Below are positions 36,450-46,626 of a stretch of DNA of 64,000 bases, in pieces. Under the pieces are notes generated by a model that did no database searches, was not told the origin of the DNA, and was given only the letters and a program-made list of their open reading frames with translations. Position numbers and translations under genes: made by a program. The DNA is from Betaproteobacteria bacterium. GTDB taxonomy: Bacteria > Pseudomonadota > Gammaproteobacteria > Burkholderiales > SG8-39. The stretch spans positions 731 to 64,730 of the forward strand of contig VBBY01000003.1 of assembly GCA_005881595.1 (NCBI GenBank). Reading direction: 5' to 3'. Within the stretch, counting starts at the first letter, position 1, and each line of letters opens with the position of its first letter.

Positions 36450-39400
36450 GTGTTGCTACGCATTGATCCCGCGCTGCCCATCAACGCCAAGCGCGACGCG
36501 ATCCGCGCCGCCGTGGAAAAGCACCCGGTGGTCATTGTGTGCGGCGAGACAGGCTCGGGCAAGACGACCCAGTTGCCGCAGATCCTTCTCGAGATGGGTC
36601 GCGGCTCGGCCGGCCGCATCGGCCATACGCAGCCGCGGCGCATCGCCGCGCGTTCCGTGGCGGCGCGCGTCGCCGACGAGCTCGGGACCAAAGTCGGCGC
36701 GCTGGTGGGCTACAAAGTGCGGTTCCATGAAAGCGTGCGGCCGGATACGGCGATAAAGCTGATGACCGACGGCATCCTCCTCGCCGAGACGCAGAGCGAT
36801 CCCGAGCTGCGGCAGTACGGCTCGATCATTCTCGACGAGGCGCACGAGCGCAGCCTGAATATCGATTTCCTGATCGGCTACCTGAAAAAGCTCGTCGAGA
36901 TCCGCAGCGATCTCAAGGTCGTCGTCACGTCGGCCACCATCGATGCGGAGCGTTTCTCCAGGCATTTCGACAACGCGCCGGTGATCGAGGTATCGGGGCG
37001 CCTTTATCCCGTGGAGATGCGCTACCGGCCGGTCGCCGGCGACTCCGAGGACACGACTCGCGAAGAGGAGGAGCAGGCGCTTGCCGACGCGGTCGAGGAG
37101 CTGTGTCGCGAGGGCGAGGGCGACATCCTGGTATTCCTGCCCGGAGAGCGCGAGATCCGCGACACTGCCGAAGTGTTGAGGCGCCGGCATCTGGGAGCGG
37201 AGCTTCTTCCCCTGTATGCGCGGCTTTCCGCCCCGGATCAGGACCGCGTATTCAGGCCCGGACGCGAGCGCCGCATCGTACTCGCCACCAACGTCGCGGA
37301 AACCTCGCTCACGGTGCCGCGCATCCGGTACGTCGTCGATACCGGTCTTGCCCGGGTAAAGCGATACAGCTATCGCAACAAGGTGGAGATGCTGCGCGTC
37401 GAGCCGATCTCCCGGGCGGCAGCCAACCAGCGCGCCGGGCGTTGCGGACGCGTTGCGCAGGGCGTCTGCATTCGCCTGTATTCCCAAGAGGACTTCGAGA
37501 AGCGTCCTGCATTCCCAGATCCGGAGCTGCTGCGCTCGTCCCTCGCGTCGGTAATCCTGCGGGCAAAGAGCCTCAGCCTGGGCAACGTCGAGGAGTTTCC
37601 CTTCCTCGATCCTCCGGCGCCGCGCGCAATCGCCGACGGCTACGCATTGCTCACGGAGCTCGGTGCCGTCGATGAACGCAACGAGCTTACGCAGCTCGGC
37701 GGCGAACTCGCCAGGCTGCCGCTCGACCCGCGCGTCGGCCGCATGCTGGTCGCGGCGCGCGCCGAAGGCTGCCTCGAGCAGCTGTTGATCATCGCCGCGG
37801 CGCTCTCGGTGCAGGATCCGCGCGAGCGCCCGCTCGAGCGCGCGGCGGCCGCCGACGAACGCCATGCGAAGTTCGCCGACGAACGCTCGGATTTTCTCGC
37901 CTTCCTCAAGCTCTGGAAGCTGTTTGACGGAAAGCTCGAGAAGGCTTGCCGCGAGAACTTCCTTTCCGTCCCGCGCATGCGGGAGTGGCGCGATATCCAC
38001 GCCCAGCTTGAAACCACGCTCGCCGAGATGAAATGGCCGGCATCCTCGGCGAATCCCGAGAGCGCCGAGGGGTATCGCGCCATCCACCGCGCACTGCTCG
38101 GCGGGTTGCTCGGCAACGTCGGCATGCGCGACGAGGCGGAAGGCAGCTACACCGGTGCCCGCGACATCAGGTTCTGGGTGCACCCCGGTTCGTGGACCAG
38201 GAAACCCGGCAAGTGGCTCGTCGCCGCCGAGCTGGTCGAAACCACGCGGCTTTTCGCCCGCACCGTGGCGAATGTCGATCCGAAGTGGCTGGAGGAGCTC
38301 GGTGCGCACCTGCTCAAGCGCGACCGGCACGATCCGCATTGGGAAAGGAGCCGCGCCCAGGTCATGGCGCTCGAGCGCGGCACGCTCTACGGGCTACCTG
38401 TATACGCAAACCGCCGGGTGGACTTTGCGTCCTTCGACGCCGCGCTCTCGCGCGGCATCTTCATCCGCTCGGCGCTGGTCGAAGGCGATTTCGAGACGCG
38501 GGCGCCATTTTTTGCTCACAACCGCCGGCTCGTCGCCGAGATCGAGCGCCTCGAGCACAAGTCGCGCCGGCCGGACATCCTGGTCGACGAGGAGCTGATC
38601 CACGCCTTCTACGACGCGCGCGTCCCGCAAGGCATATCGAGCGGCGCCGACTTCGACAAGTGGCGCAAGGACGCCGAGCGCAAGCTTCCCAGGCTGCTTT
38701 ACCTTTCACGCGACGACCTGATGCGGCACCGGGCGGCCGGCATCACTACGGACAATTTTCCCCCGGCGTTGCAGCTCGGACCCAACCGCTTGGCTCTCGA
38801 GTACCTCTTCGAGCCCGGCTCGCCGCGCGACGGCGTCACGATGAGCGTACCGCTCGCGCTGCTCAACCAGGTGCCGGCGGCGCGTACCGAGTGGCTGGTG
38901 CCCGGACTGCTCAAGGAGAAGATCAGAGCCATGGCGAAGTCGATCCCGCAGCGTCTGCGGCACAAGCTCGGGTCGCTCGACGAGTTCGCCGCCGCGTTCT
39001 GCGAGGCAGTCCCGCCCTCCGACACACCGCTCGCGGCGGCTCTCGCCCGCCACATCCGCGAGAAGTTCAATCTCGACATCCCGCTCGATTCGTTCCGGCC
39101 CGACTCTGCGCCGGCGCACCTGCATATGAACTTCCGCGTCGTCGACGACCACGGCCGGCAGCTTGGCATGGATCGCGATCTCGCGCAGCTGAAAGCAAGC
39201 CTTGGCGAGAAAACCGCGGCAATCCTGCAAACTGAGGCTTCGGCCGCGGAGTCCGAGCGCTACACCGGCTGGACCATGGGCGATCTGCCCGAAATCATGG
39301 AAATCGAACGCGGCGGCCAGACGCTGATCGGTTATCCGGCGCTGGCCGATGCCGGGGAGGCGGTCACGCTGCAGGTCCTCCACTCCCCCGAGAAGGCACG

Positions 39401-40079
39401 TGAGATCCATCGCGGGGGAGTGCGGCGATTGCTGGCGATCGCATTTCGCGACCGCATTCGCGACCTCGAAAGGACCCTGGCGCGCGACGTCGCCCTCGGA
39501 CCGCTCAAAGCCGACGTCGTCACGGCGGCGCTCGAGCGCACGTTTCTTCCGGGCTCGCTGCCGATGACGCAGGCCGACTTCGCGCGCCGCGTCGAAGACG
39601 GCCGCAGCCGGTTCAATCTAATCGCCCAGGAAATCGCCCGTGCCGCCTCCGGCATCCTGGCCGAGCGCGCGGCGCTGGAGAAAAAATTGCCCCCTGCACT
39701 GAAGGCGTTCCCGCAGGCCGGTGATGACATCAAGCAGCAGCTCGGGCGGCTCCTCGCGCCCGGCTGGCTCGCGCGCACTCCGTGGGAGCGCTTGCAGCAC
39801 CTGCCGCGCTACCTGAAAGCGGCGTCACTGCGCCTCGACAAGCTGCGCGCCGACCCGGCGCGCGATGCGCGCCTGGCCGTGGAGCTGGCGTCCGTCGAGC
39901 AGCCTTACCTGCGGGAGCTTGCTGCGCGCCTGCGGCAGGGCGCGGTCACGGCGCAGCTCGAGCAGTTCGGCTGGCTGGTCGAGGAATTGCGTGTTTCGCT
40001 CTTCGCGCAGGAGCTGCGCACCCCGATCCCTGCGTCGGTCAAGCGCCTGGCGAAACTCTGGCAGACTCTGCGCAAATGA
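36450..40079 (+). CDS. hrpA: ATP-dependent RNA helicase HrpA
   Basis: GETGSGKTT, DEAHERS, SAT, TNVAETS, QRAGRCGR and ELRVSLFAQ motifs. Confidence 0.96.
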   Translation: MLLRIDPALPINAKRDAIRAAVEKHPVVIVCGETGSGKTTQLPQILLEMGRGSAGRIGHTQPRRIAARSVAARVADELGTKVGALVGYKVRFHESVRPDTAIKLMTDGILLAETQSDPELRQYGSIILDEAHERSLNIDFLIGYLKKLVEIRSDLKVVVTSATIDAERFSRHFDNAPVIEVSGRLYPVEMRYRPVAGDSEDTTREEEEQALADAVEELCREGEGDILVFLPGEREIRDTAEVLRRRHLGAELLPLYARLSAPDQDRVFRPGRERRIVLATNVAETSLTVPRIRYVVDTGLARVKRYSYRNKVEMLRVEPISRAAANQRAGRCGRVAQGVCIRLYSQEDFEKRPAFPDPELLRSSLASVILRAKSLSLGNVEEFPFLDPPAPRAIADGYALLTELGAVDERNELTQLGGELARLPLDPRVGRMLVAARAEGCLEQLLIIAAALSVQDPRERPLERAAAADERHAKFADERSDFLAFLKLWKLFDGKLEKACRENFLSVPRMREWRDIHAQLETTLAEMKWPASSANPESAEGYRAIHRALLGGLLGNVGMRDEAEGSYTGARDIRFWVHPGSWTRKPGKWLVAAELVETTRLFARTVANVDPKWLEELGAHLLKRDRHDPHWERSRAQVMALERGTLYGLPVYANRRVDFASFDAALSRGIFIRSALVEGDFETRAPFFAHNRRLVAEIERLEHKSRRPDILVDEELIHAFYDARVPQGISSGADFDKWRKDAERKLPRLLYLSRDDLMRHRAAGITTDNFPPALQLGPNRLALEYLFEPGSPRDGVTMSVPLALLNQVPAARTEWLVPGLLKEKIRAMAKSIPQRLRHKLGSLDEFAAAFCEAVPPSDTPLAAALARHIREKFNLDIPLDSFRPDSAPAHLHMNFRVVDDHGRQLGMDRDLAQLKASLGEKTAAILQTEASAAESERYTGWTMGDLPEIMEIERGGQTLIGYPALADAGEAVTLQVLHSPEKAREIHRGGVRRLLAIAFRDRIRDLERTLARDVALGPLKADVVTAALERTFLPGSLPMTQADFARRVEDGRSRFNLIAQEIARAASGILAERAALEKKLPPALKAFPQAGDDIKQQLGRLLAPGWLARTPWERLQHLPRYLKAASLRLDKLRADPARDARLAVELASVEQPYLRELAARLRQGAVTAQLEQFGWLVEELRVSLFAQELRTPIPASVKRLAKLWQTLRK

Positions 40080-40795
40080 GCATCGCACGTTCGCTGTTGT
40101 ACGGTGTCGCCAACCTGCTGCATCCCCGCATGCTGTGGCTGATGTTATGGCCGATGCTGATCGCGCTCGCCATCTGGGGCACTGTGGCAATCGCGCTATG
40201 GGTGCGCGTTGCGACCCTGATTGCCTCAGTGCTGCAGCGCTGGCTCGAAACGGCGATGTTCTTCGCGAACTTCAACCTCGGCGACGCCACCCTCATCGCG
40301 GCGCACGTGCTGCTGTTCCTCGTGTTCGTGCCTCTGGTCTACCTCACTGCTTTATTCATCCTCGGCATCTTCGGCATGCAGGCGATGGTCGATCATGTGG
40401 CGCGCCGTTCCTTCCCGGATCTGGAGCGGCGCCGCGGCGGCGGGGTCGCGGGGAGCGGGTGGAACGGCCTGGTCGCGCTTTTCGGGATGCTCGGCCTTGG
40501 CATCCTCACCCTGCCGCTCTGGCTGCTGCCGCCGCTGTGGCCCCTGATCCCGGTGGCGATCCTCGGCTGGGGCAATCAAAGGCTCCTGCGCTATGACGCC
40601 CTTGCCGAGCATGCCGACCCGGCCGAGATGGCGCGGATCTTCCGCGAGCGGCGCGGCGGCCTGTACCTGCTCGGCCTGCAGCTGGCGCTGCTGGCGTACG
40701 TGCCGATACTCGGTTTGTTCGCGCCAGTAATTTTCGGTCTCGCCTTCATTTACTACCTGCTCGACGCTCTGCAGGCCGCGCGGCAGCACGATTAG
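40076..40795 (+). CDS. EI24/CysZ-like membrane protein
   Basis: Several TM segments, LWLMLWP and YDALAEHA; ATGA overlap with hrpA. Confidence 0.8.
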   Translation: MSIARSLLYGVANLLHPRMLWLMLWPMLIALAIWGTVAIALWVRVATLIASVLQRWLETAMFFANFNLGDATLIAAHVLLFLVFVPLVYLTALFILGIFGMQAMVDHVARRSFPDLERRRGGGVAGSGWNGLVALFGMLGLGILTLPLWLLPPLWPLIPVAILGWGNQRLLRYDALAEHADPAEMARIFRERRGGLYLLGLQLALLAYVPILGLFAPVIFGLAFIYYLLDALQAARQHD

Positions 40796-40828
40796 GCTGC
40801 AGCTATTGCTGCCATCCGAACAAACCAT
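40792..40828 (+). promoter_or_regulatory. Putative OxyR site TTAG-N7-CTAT-N7-ATCC-N7-CCAT
   Basis: Four-tetramer spacing of the OxyR consensus, directly upstream of TTGGCC-N18-TAGACT and the Prx-Grx gene. Confidence 0.6.
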
Positions 40829-40895
40829 TGGCCACCCGGAACGTGCTTTCCTAGACTCTGTGTTTCCGTTTGAGTCCAGAGCCAGGAGTCAGATC

Positions 40896-41633
40896 ATGTT
40901 CGCCAATCGCGAAGGGCAAAGAGTTCCTCAGGTGACGTTCCGCATCCGCGCCGCCAACGAGTGGAAAAGCGTCACCTCCGACGAAATGTTCAAGGGCGGG
41001 ACCGTGGTGGTATTTTCCCTACCCGGGGCGTTCACGCCGACCTGCTCGTCCGTGCACGTGCCGCGCTATAACGAGCTGGCGCCGGCGTTCTACGCCAATG
41101 GAGTGGACAAGATCGTCTGCGTCTCGGTCAATGATCCGTTCGTCATGAGCGAGTGGGCGGCCGCGCAGGAGGCGGGCAACGTCACGATGCTGCCGGATGG
41201 GAACGGCGAGTTCACGGAGAAGATGGGCATGCTGGTAGACAAGTCCGAGCTCGGCTTCGGCAAGCGCTCATGGCGCTATTCGATGCTGGTGAAGGACGGC
41301 GTGATCCAGAAGATGTTCATCGAGCCGGAAACACCCGGCGACCCGTACGAGGTGTCGGATGCCGATACGATGCTGATCTACATCAATCCCAAGGCAAAGA
41401 AGCCAGATCAGGTGGCGATTCTCACGCGCGAAGGTTGCGACTACTGCGCGAAAGCGAAGGTTCTACTCAAGGATCTTGGCTACGATTACGCCGAGGTACC
41501 GCTTGACCATAGAATCCGCACGCGCGCGGTCGGCGCCATCACCGGCCGTGGCACCGTGCCGCAGGTATTTGTCAACGGCAAGCATATCGGCGGCCTGGAG
41601 GATCTGCAGCAATGGGCAAAAAGGGCAGCGTGA
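40896..41633 (+). CDS. Hybrid peroxiredoxin (Prx5)-glutaredoxin
   Basis: PGAFTPTCS, SVNDPFV, GFGKRSWRY, Grx CDYC and TVPQVF motifs. Confidence 0.95.
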   Translation: MFANREGQRVPQVTFRIRAANEWKSVTSDEMFKGGTVVVFSLPGAFTPTCSSVHVPRYNELAPAFYANGVDKIVCVSVNDPFVMSEWAAAQEAGNVTMLPDGNGEFTEKMGMLVDKSELGFGKRSWRYSMLVKDGVIQKMFIEPETPGDPYEVSDADTMLIYINPKAKKPDQVAILTREGCDYCAKAKVLLKDLGYDYAEVPLDHRIRTRAVGAITGRGTVPQVFVNGKHIGGLEDLQQWAKRAA

Positions 41634-41634
41634 T

Positions 41635-42375
41635 TTGGCATTCGGCGCCTTCATCATCGGGGATGAAATCCTTGTAGGAAAGCGCCAGGACAGGCATCTC
41701 GCCTTCCTCATTGGTGCCCTCACAAAGCGCGGGCTGCGGCTTGCCTGGGCGCAATACCTCGGTGACGATGCGGTGCGTCTCGCTGCGGCGCTTGAGCGCA
41801 GCTTCGCTTCGGGAGATGTCGTGTTCAGCTTCGGCGGCATCGGTGCTACGCCGGACGACCACACGCGGCAATGCGCCGCCGTGGCCGCGCGCGCGCCGTT
41901 GCATCTGCACCCCGATGCCGAGCGGGAGATCCGCGCGCGCTTCGGTGGCGACGCGACCCCGCAGCGGCTGAAGATGGGCGAATTTCCCGAAGGCGCGCGG
42001 ATCATTCCCAATCCGGTGAATCGGATCCCGGGATTCTCGCTGCACGAGCACCATTTCGTACCAGGCTTTCCGCAGATGGCGGCGCCAATGGTCGAGTGGG
42101 TGCTTGATACCCAGTACAAGCAGCTGTTTGACCGCGACCGCTGGGCGGAAAGATCAATCCTGGTCTATGAAGCTGGCGAGAGCCAGCTGATCCCGGCGAT
42201 GGAAGCAGTGGGGGCGCGCTTTCCGGAGGTGAAGGTGTTCAGCCTGCCCTCGATGGGCGAGGACGGAAGCCGAATTCATGTCGAACTGGGCGTGCGGGGA
42301 AACCCTGCCCAAGTAGGCGACGCGATGGAAGCATTGCGCCACGCGGTATCGGAGGGCGGCTTCCCCTATAAATGA
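41635..42375 (+). CDS. CinA-like molybdopterin-binding domain protein
   Basis: IIGDEILVGKRQD, FGGIGATPDDHT, IPNPVNRIPGF and PGFP motifs; TTG start. Confidence 0.88.
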   Translation: MAFGAFIIGDEILVGKRQDRHLAFLIGALTKRGLRLAWAQYLGDDAVRLAAALERSFASGDVVFSFGGIGATPDDHTRQCAAVAARAPLHLHPDAEREIRARFGGDATPQRLKMGEFPEGARIIPNPVNRIPGFSLHEHHFVPGFPQMAAPMVEWVLDTQYKQLFDRDRWAERSILVYEAGESQLIPAMEAVGARFPEVKVFSLPSMGEDGSRIHVELGVRGNPAQVGDAMEALRHAVSEGGFPYK

Positions 42376-42395
42376 AAACCCCGCTTTAGGCGGGG
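42375..42395 (-). terminator. Intrinsic terminator (CCCCGC/GCGGGG stem with T-tract on the minus strand) downstream of phaP
   Basis: AAAACCCCGCTTTAGGCGGGG read directly. Confidence 0.65.
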
Positions 42396-42484
42396 CTTCC
42401 CTTACCTCTTTTTAGATCTGGCAGCCTTCGTGCGGCTGCGCTTCGCGCTAGATCGAGCGTTGTTGCTCTTGCCCGGTTTGGCGC

Positions 42485-43027
42485 TTACGCGACCTTTTTT
42501 GGCTTCGCGAGGCCTTTTACTGTCTCAGTTGCGGCAGCGACGTTCGCCTCAGCGATCTCGGTCGCTTGCTTGGCGGCCTTGGTGAGGTTGTCGTAGGCCG
42601 AATTCGCGGCGGCCAGCATCGACTTCACCGCGGCGACCGCGACGTCCGAGCCGGCCGGCGCGTTCTTCGAGACCTTGTCGAGCAGCGTCACGAAGTTCTC
42701 ATTCCACTCGGCGACACGGCGCTCCGCCACTTTCGACAGCTCGGCATTCGCCTCGGTCGCGACCTCGTACACGCTCTTCGAATAGGCGATGGCCTTCTCG
42801 ATGGCGGGCTGGGTAAATGAGTTCTGCAGCGTAACGAACTCCTGCACATCCTTCGCGCTGAGCAGCGCACGGGTGTTGGCAACGCTGTCTTCGAACGCGC
42901 TCTTTACTGCGCTCGCCTGGATAGTCGCCAGCTTTTCCAGTGCAGTGAACTGCGTGTTGGCGACGGCGAGAAGTGCCTCTACAGTGGCCTTGTTGGCCGC
43001 TTGAATCTGTTCCGGTGTCACGTACAT
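42485..43027 (-). CDS. phaP: Phasin (PHA granule protein)
   Basis: TPEQIQAANKA, KAIAYSKSVYE and KNAPAGSDVAVAAVKS; Ala-rich. Confidence 0.93.
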   Translation of the reverse strand: MYVTPEQIQAANKATVEALLAVANTQFTALEKLATIQASAVKSAFEDSVANTRALLSAKDVQEFVTLQNSFTQPAIEKAIAYSKSVYEVATEANAELSKVAERRVAEWNENFVTLLDKVSKNAPAGSDVAVAAVKSMLAAANSAYDNLTKAAKQATEIAEANVAAATETVKGLAKPKKVA

Positions 43028-43049
43028 TTCCTGGCTCCTGGTCTGAGTT

Positions 43050-43117
43050 TTGTGCAATGCAGCAAAGCGGATTTTAGGCTGATCGTGTTCAAAGTCAAGA
43101 GGCTTGTGCATAGCAAT
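43050..43117. promoter_or_regulatory. Putative PhaR operator(s): TTGTGCAATGCAGCAA (43050-43065) and TTGTGCATAGCAAT (43104-43117)
   Basis: TGC/GCA-rich imperfect palindromes directly upstream of the phasin gene. Confidence 0.55.
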
Positions 43118-43224
43118 ATAAGTTAGTTAGTGCACCCTTACGCAGAAGCCGTCGCTTTCCCCCTCGCCCCGGCCGCCTGCGTGCATGCGCCCGCTATGCT
43201 GTCGGTCTGCCTAGTAACCAAGCG

Positions 43225-44436
43225 ATGAGCATCGATTACCGTCCGAACGACCCGTCAGTGCTGGCGGATCCGTTCCCGCTTTACCGACGCATGCGAGATG
43301 AGGACCCGGCGCATTGGAGCCCGGTCCTCAAGGCGTGGGTGCTCACGCGTTACGAGGACGTCAAGCGAGTATGCCTGGACAGCCGGGTGTCCTCGGACCG
43401 GCTGCGACCGTTTTTTGCAACGCTGTCTTCGGGTGAAGCCGAGCACATCACACAGTTGATGCGCGTTCTGACGCTGTGGATGGTGTTCCGCGATCCGCCA
43501 GAGCACACGCGTCTCCGCCGTCTGGCGGGCAAGGTCTTCAACGTGCGCTCCATCCACGCCCTGCGTCCAAACGTGGAGGCGCTCACCACGTGGCTTCTGG
43601 AGCGGATCGGCGAGCGCGAGGAATTCGACTTCATCGCCGAGTTCGCCGGCCCCCTGCCGGCCTTGGTGATCATGGACATGCTCGGCGTGCCGCATAGCGA
43701 GCTGCCGCGCCTGAAGCATCTGTCCGACGAGATGGCGCTCTTTATCGGCAGCGCGCGCGATACGCCGGAGAAATACGGCCGCGCCGAGGCAGCGACCCAG
43801 GAAATGGCGCATCTGTTCCGCGAGCTGATCGCCTCACGCCGCGCGCTGCCGCGACACGACCTGCTGACGGAGCTGGTCAATCTCGAGGAGGGTGGCGACC
43901 GTCTCACCGACGACGAGCTGGTGGCGACTTGTGTGCTCCTGCTATTTGCCGGGCACGAGACGACCACGCACCATATCGCCAACGGGCTCCTCGCGCTGCT
44001 GCGTTTTCCCGGCGAGCAGCAACGATGGCGCGAGACCCCGGGCATTGCGCCTGCCGCGGTGGAAGAGCTGCTGCGCTACGACGGGCCGATCGGTGCGCAG
44101 GTGCGTATCGTCCAGGACGAGCAGGTGCTGCATGGCCGCACGCTGCGGCACGGGGAGCGCGTATTCCTGATGATGAACGCGGCGAACCGCGATGAGCGTG
44201 CCTATCCGCAGCCTGATCGCCTCGATTTGTCACGCAGCGGCGTGCCGCATCTGACCTTCGGCTTCGGCGCGCACATCTGCCTGGGCTTCCCGCTCGCACG
44301 GCTGGAAAGTCAGATCGCGCTTCCCGCGGTGCTCAGGCGGTGGCGCCACATCGAGCTGGCCCGCGAGCGGCTCGATTGGCTCGACTCGATGGTTCTGCGC
44401 GGAATGAAGGCCATGCCACTGATCGCGACGGCGTGA
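43225..44436 (+). CDS. Cytochrome P450
   Basis: I-helix AGHETT, EELLR, AANRD and heme motif FGFGAHICLG. Confidence 0.96.
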   Translation: MSIDYRPNDPSVLADPFPLYRRMRDEDPAHWSPVLKAWVLTRYEDVKRVCLDSRVSSDRLRPFFATLSSGEAEHITQLMRVLTLWMVFRDPPEHTRLRRLAGKVFNVRSIHALRPNVEALTTWLLERIGEREEFDFIAEFAGPLPALVIMDMLGVPHSELPRLKHLSDEMALFIGSARDTPEKYGRAEAATQEMAHLFRELIASRRALPRHDLLTELVNLEEGGDRLTDDELVATCVLLLFAGHETTTHHIANGLLALLRFPGEQQRWRETPGIAPAAVEELLRYDGPIGAQVRIVQDEQVLHGRTLRHGERVFLMMNAANRDERAYPQPDRLDLSRSGVPHLTFGFGAHICLGFPLARLESQIALPAVLRRWRHIELARERLDWLDSMVLRGMKAMPLIATA

Positions 44437-45332
44437 GCGCAGAGCCGGATCACCTGCCGCCGCGGCTCTGGTGGCTGCTCGCCGGACTCACGCTGGCGTG
44501 GGGATTCAACTGGACAGCCATGAAGGTCGCGCTGGGCGACGTGTCACCGTGGACGTTTCGCACGCTTTGCCTCGGCCTTGGCTCGGCGGTGCTGTTCCTG
44601 GTGTTGCGCGCCGGCGGCCAGCGCCTGGGGGTACCGAAAGGGCAGTGGGGAAGACTGGCGGCGCTGGCCTTTTTCAACATCACCTGCTGGAACGTTCTGG
44701 TGGCCTTCGGCCTGACGATGATCCCCTCGGGCCGCGCGGCGATTCTCGCATACACCATGCCGGCGCTCGCGATCCCCTTGTCCGTTTGGCTGCTCGGCGA
44801 GCACCTGACGACCGCCAAGCTCCTCGGTCTGGCCTGCGGCATGGCGGGCCTGGCGCTGCTGCTCGGTGAAGGGATCGTCAGCCTGGGGAAAGCGCCGCTC
44901 GGCTCGCTGCTCGTGCTGGGCGCGGCAGCCAGCTGGGCGCTGGGCGTGATCCTGCAGAAGCGCTATCCGATGTCGATGCCCGCTGGGCCGTACACCGCCT
45001 GGATCATGCTTCTCGGCGGTGTACCGATTTTCATTGGCGCGCTCCTTTTCGACGATTTCGGCACGCTGAGGCATGTGCGCCCCGAGGCGGCTCTCGGCAT
45101 TGCCTATAACGTGCTCATCGCGTTTGCCTGGGCGCATTGGGCGTGGATCAAGATCGCGACGGCGGTCAGCGTCACGGTGTTCTCGCTCAGCATGCTGGTT
45201 ATTCCGGTGGTCGGGGTCCTCAGCGGAATGCTGTTTCTCGGCGAGCGCCCCACCTGGGCGGAATACGCTGCGCTGTTGCTAGTCCTCGGCTCGCTGCTGA
45301 CGGTCGTTATTCCGGCGCGTCAGGTGCGGTAA
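44433..45332 (+). CDS. DMT/EamA family transporter
   Basis: About 10 TM segments, WGFNW, AAILAYTMP and IPVVGVLSG; GTGA overlap with the P450. Confidence 0.92.
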   Translation: MSAEPDHLPPRLWWLLAGLTLAWGFNWTAMKVALGDVSPWTFRTLCLGLGSAVLFLVLRAGGQRLGVPKGQWGRLAALAFFNITCWNVLVAFGLTMIPSGRAAILAYTMPALAIPLSVWLLGEHLTTAKLLGLACGMAGLALLLGEGIVSLGKAPLGSLLVLGAAASWALGVILQKRYPMSMPAGPYTAWIMLLGGVPIFIGALLFDDFGTLRHVRPEAALGIAYNVLIAFAWAHWAWIKIATAVSVTVFSLSMLVIPVVGVLSGMLFLGERPTWAEYAALLLVLGSLLTVVIPARQVR

Positions 45333-46173
45333 CCATTCGCCTCGCGGGAATGAGTCCCGGGTCCCAGCTGCGGACCGCTTCGCGCAGATTCGCTGCTTCC
45401 GGCTGGCCAAGAAAGGCGAGCGCGGTGCGCAGTTGGTCCTTGGCGCCTGTCAGCTCGATCGCTCGCGCTCCCGCCTGCTTGGAGAGCTTTTCGCCGACGG
45501 CGTTCACTGCAACCGGAACGTGAAGATAGCGCGGTGTCGGGTAGCCGAGCAGACGCTGCAGATAAATCTGCCTCGCCGTTGAGTCGAGCAAGTCAGCACC
45601 GCGTACTACGTCCGTAATACCTTGCTCGGCGTCGTCGACTACCACTGCCAACTGGTATGCGAACTGGCCGTCGGCCCGGCACACGATGAAATCACCGACG
45701 TCGCGTTCCACCGACTGCTCGATCTTGCCTTGCACGCGGTCCACGAAACAGATCGGTTCTGCCGTGGTCCTCACGCGTAAGGCTCGAGAGGTCTTCCCGG
45801 CCGGCAGGCCGTTGCGGCAGGTTCCGGGATAAACACCGGCCGCGTTCATGGCGAGGGCGGAATCGGCGACCTCTTTTCTGCTGCAGCCGCAGGCATATGT
45901 CTTGCCAGTAAGTCTTTCGAGCGCGTCGCGGTAGAGCATGCGGCGCCGGCTTTGATAGGCCACGGGTCTGTCCCACTCGAGCCCGAGGCTTTCTAGCGCA
46001 CGCAGGATCTGGCCGGCGGCGCGGGGCTGCTCGCGCGGCGGGTCCAGATCCTCGATGCGCACCTGCCAGCGTCCGCTCGCCGCGCGCGCATCGAGCCAGC
46101 TGGCGAGCGCGGCGACCAGCGAGCCGAAGTGCAGCGGCCCGGTGGGAGATGGCGCGAACCGGCCGGCATACAT
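45307..46173 (-). CDS. gluQ: tRNA glutamyl-Q(34) synthetase
   Basis: GRFAPSPTGPLHFGS, RIEDLD, CGCSR, YQLAVVVDD and KLSKQ; lacks the anticodon-binding domain. Confidence 0.94.
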   Translation of the reverse strand: MYAGRFAPSPTGPLHFGSLVAALASWLDARAASGRWQVRIEDLDPPREQPRAAGQILRALESLGLEWDRPVAYQSRRRMLYRDALERLTGKTYACGCSRKEVADSALAMNAAGVYPGTCRNGLPAGKTSRALRVRTTAEPICFVDRVQGKIEQSVERDVGDFIVCRADGQFAYQLAVVVDDAEQGITDVVRGADLLDSTARQIYLQRLLGYPTPRYLHVPVAVNAVGEKLSKQAGARAIELTGAKDQLRTALAFLGQPEAANLREAVRSWDPGLIPARRMVTAPDAPE

Positions 46174-46217
46174 GGCTGTCTAGAGTACACTGCACGCTTT
46201 TTTCCGGAAGGACCACG

Positions 46218-46607
46218 ATGGCGACGATGGATCTCACCAAGGAGAATTTCGAGAAGACCGTCAACGAAAACCCGATGGTGATCGTCGACTTCTGGGCGCC
46301 ATGGTGCGGTCCCTGCAAAGGCTTCGCTCCGGTGTACGAGCGGGCCTCCGAGGCGTACCCGGACGTGGTGTTCGCCAAGGTGAACACTGACGAGGAGCAG
46401 GAGTTGGCCGGCGCCTTCGGTATTCGCTCGATCCCTACCCTGATGGTGTTCCGCGACAAGGTCATCCTGTTCCAGCAGGCAGGCGCGCTGCCCGGGACTG
46501 CGCTCGATCAGGTGATCACGCAGGCCAAGTCGCTCGACATGGCCAAGGTGCAAAAGGAAATCAGGCAGCAGAACAACGGGTCGAGAAAGCCAGAGGCCAG
46601 GGAGTAG
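46218..46607 (+). CDS. trxA: Thioredoxin
   Basis: [10 protein letters not shown] and IRSIPT motifs. Confidence 0.93.
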   Translation: MATMDLTKENFEKTVNENPMVIVDFWAPWCGPCKGFAPVYERASEAYPDVVFAKVNTDEEQELAGAFGIRSIPTLMVFRDKVILFQQAGALPGTALDQVITQAKSLDMAKVQKEIRQQNNGSRKPEARE

Positions 46608-46626
46608 AAGTAACATTACCGCCGCG

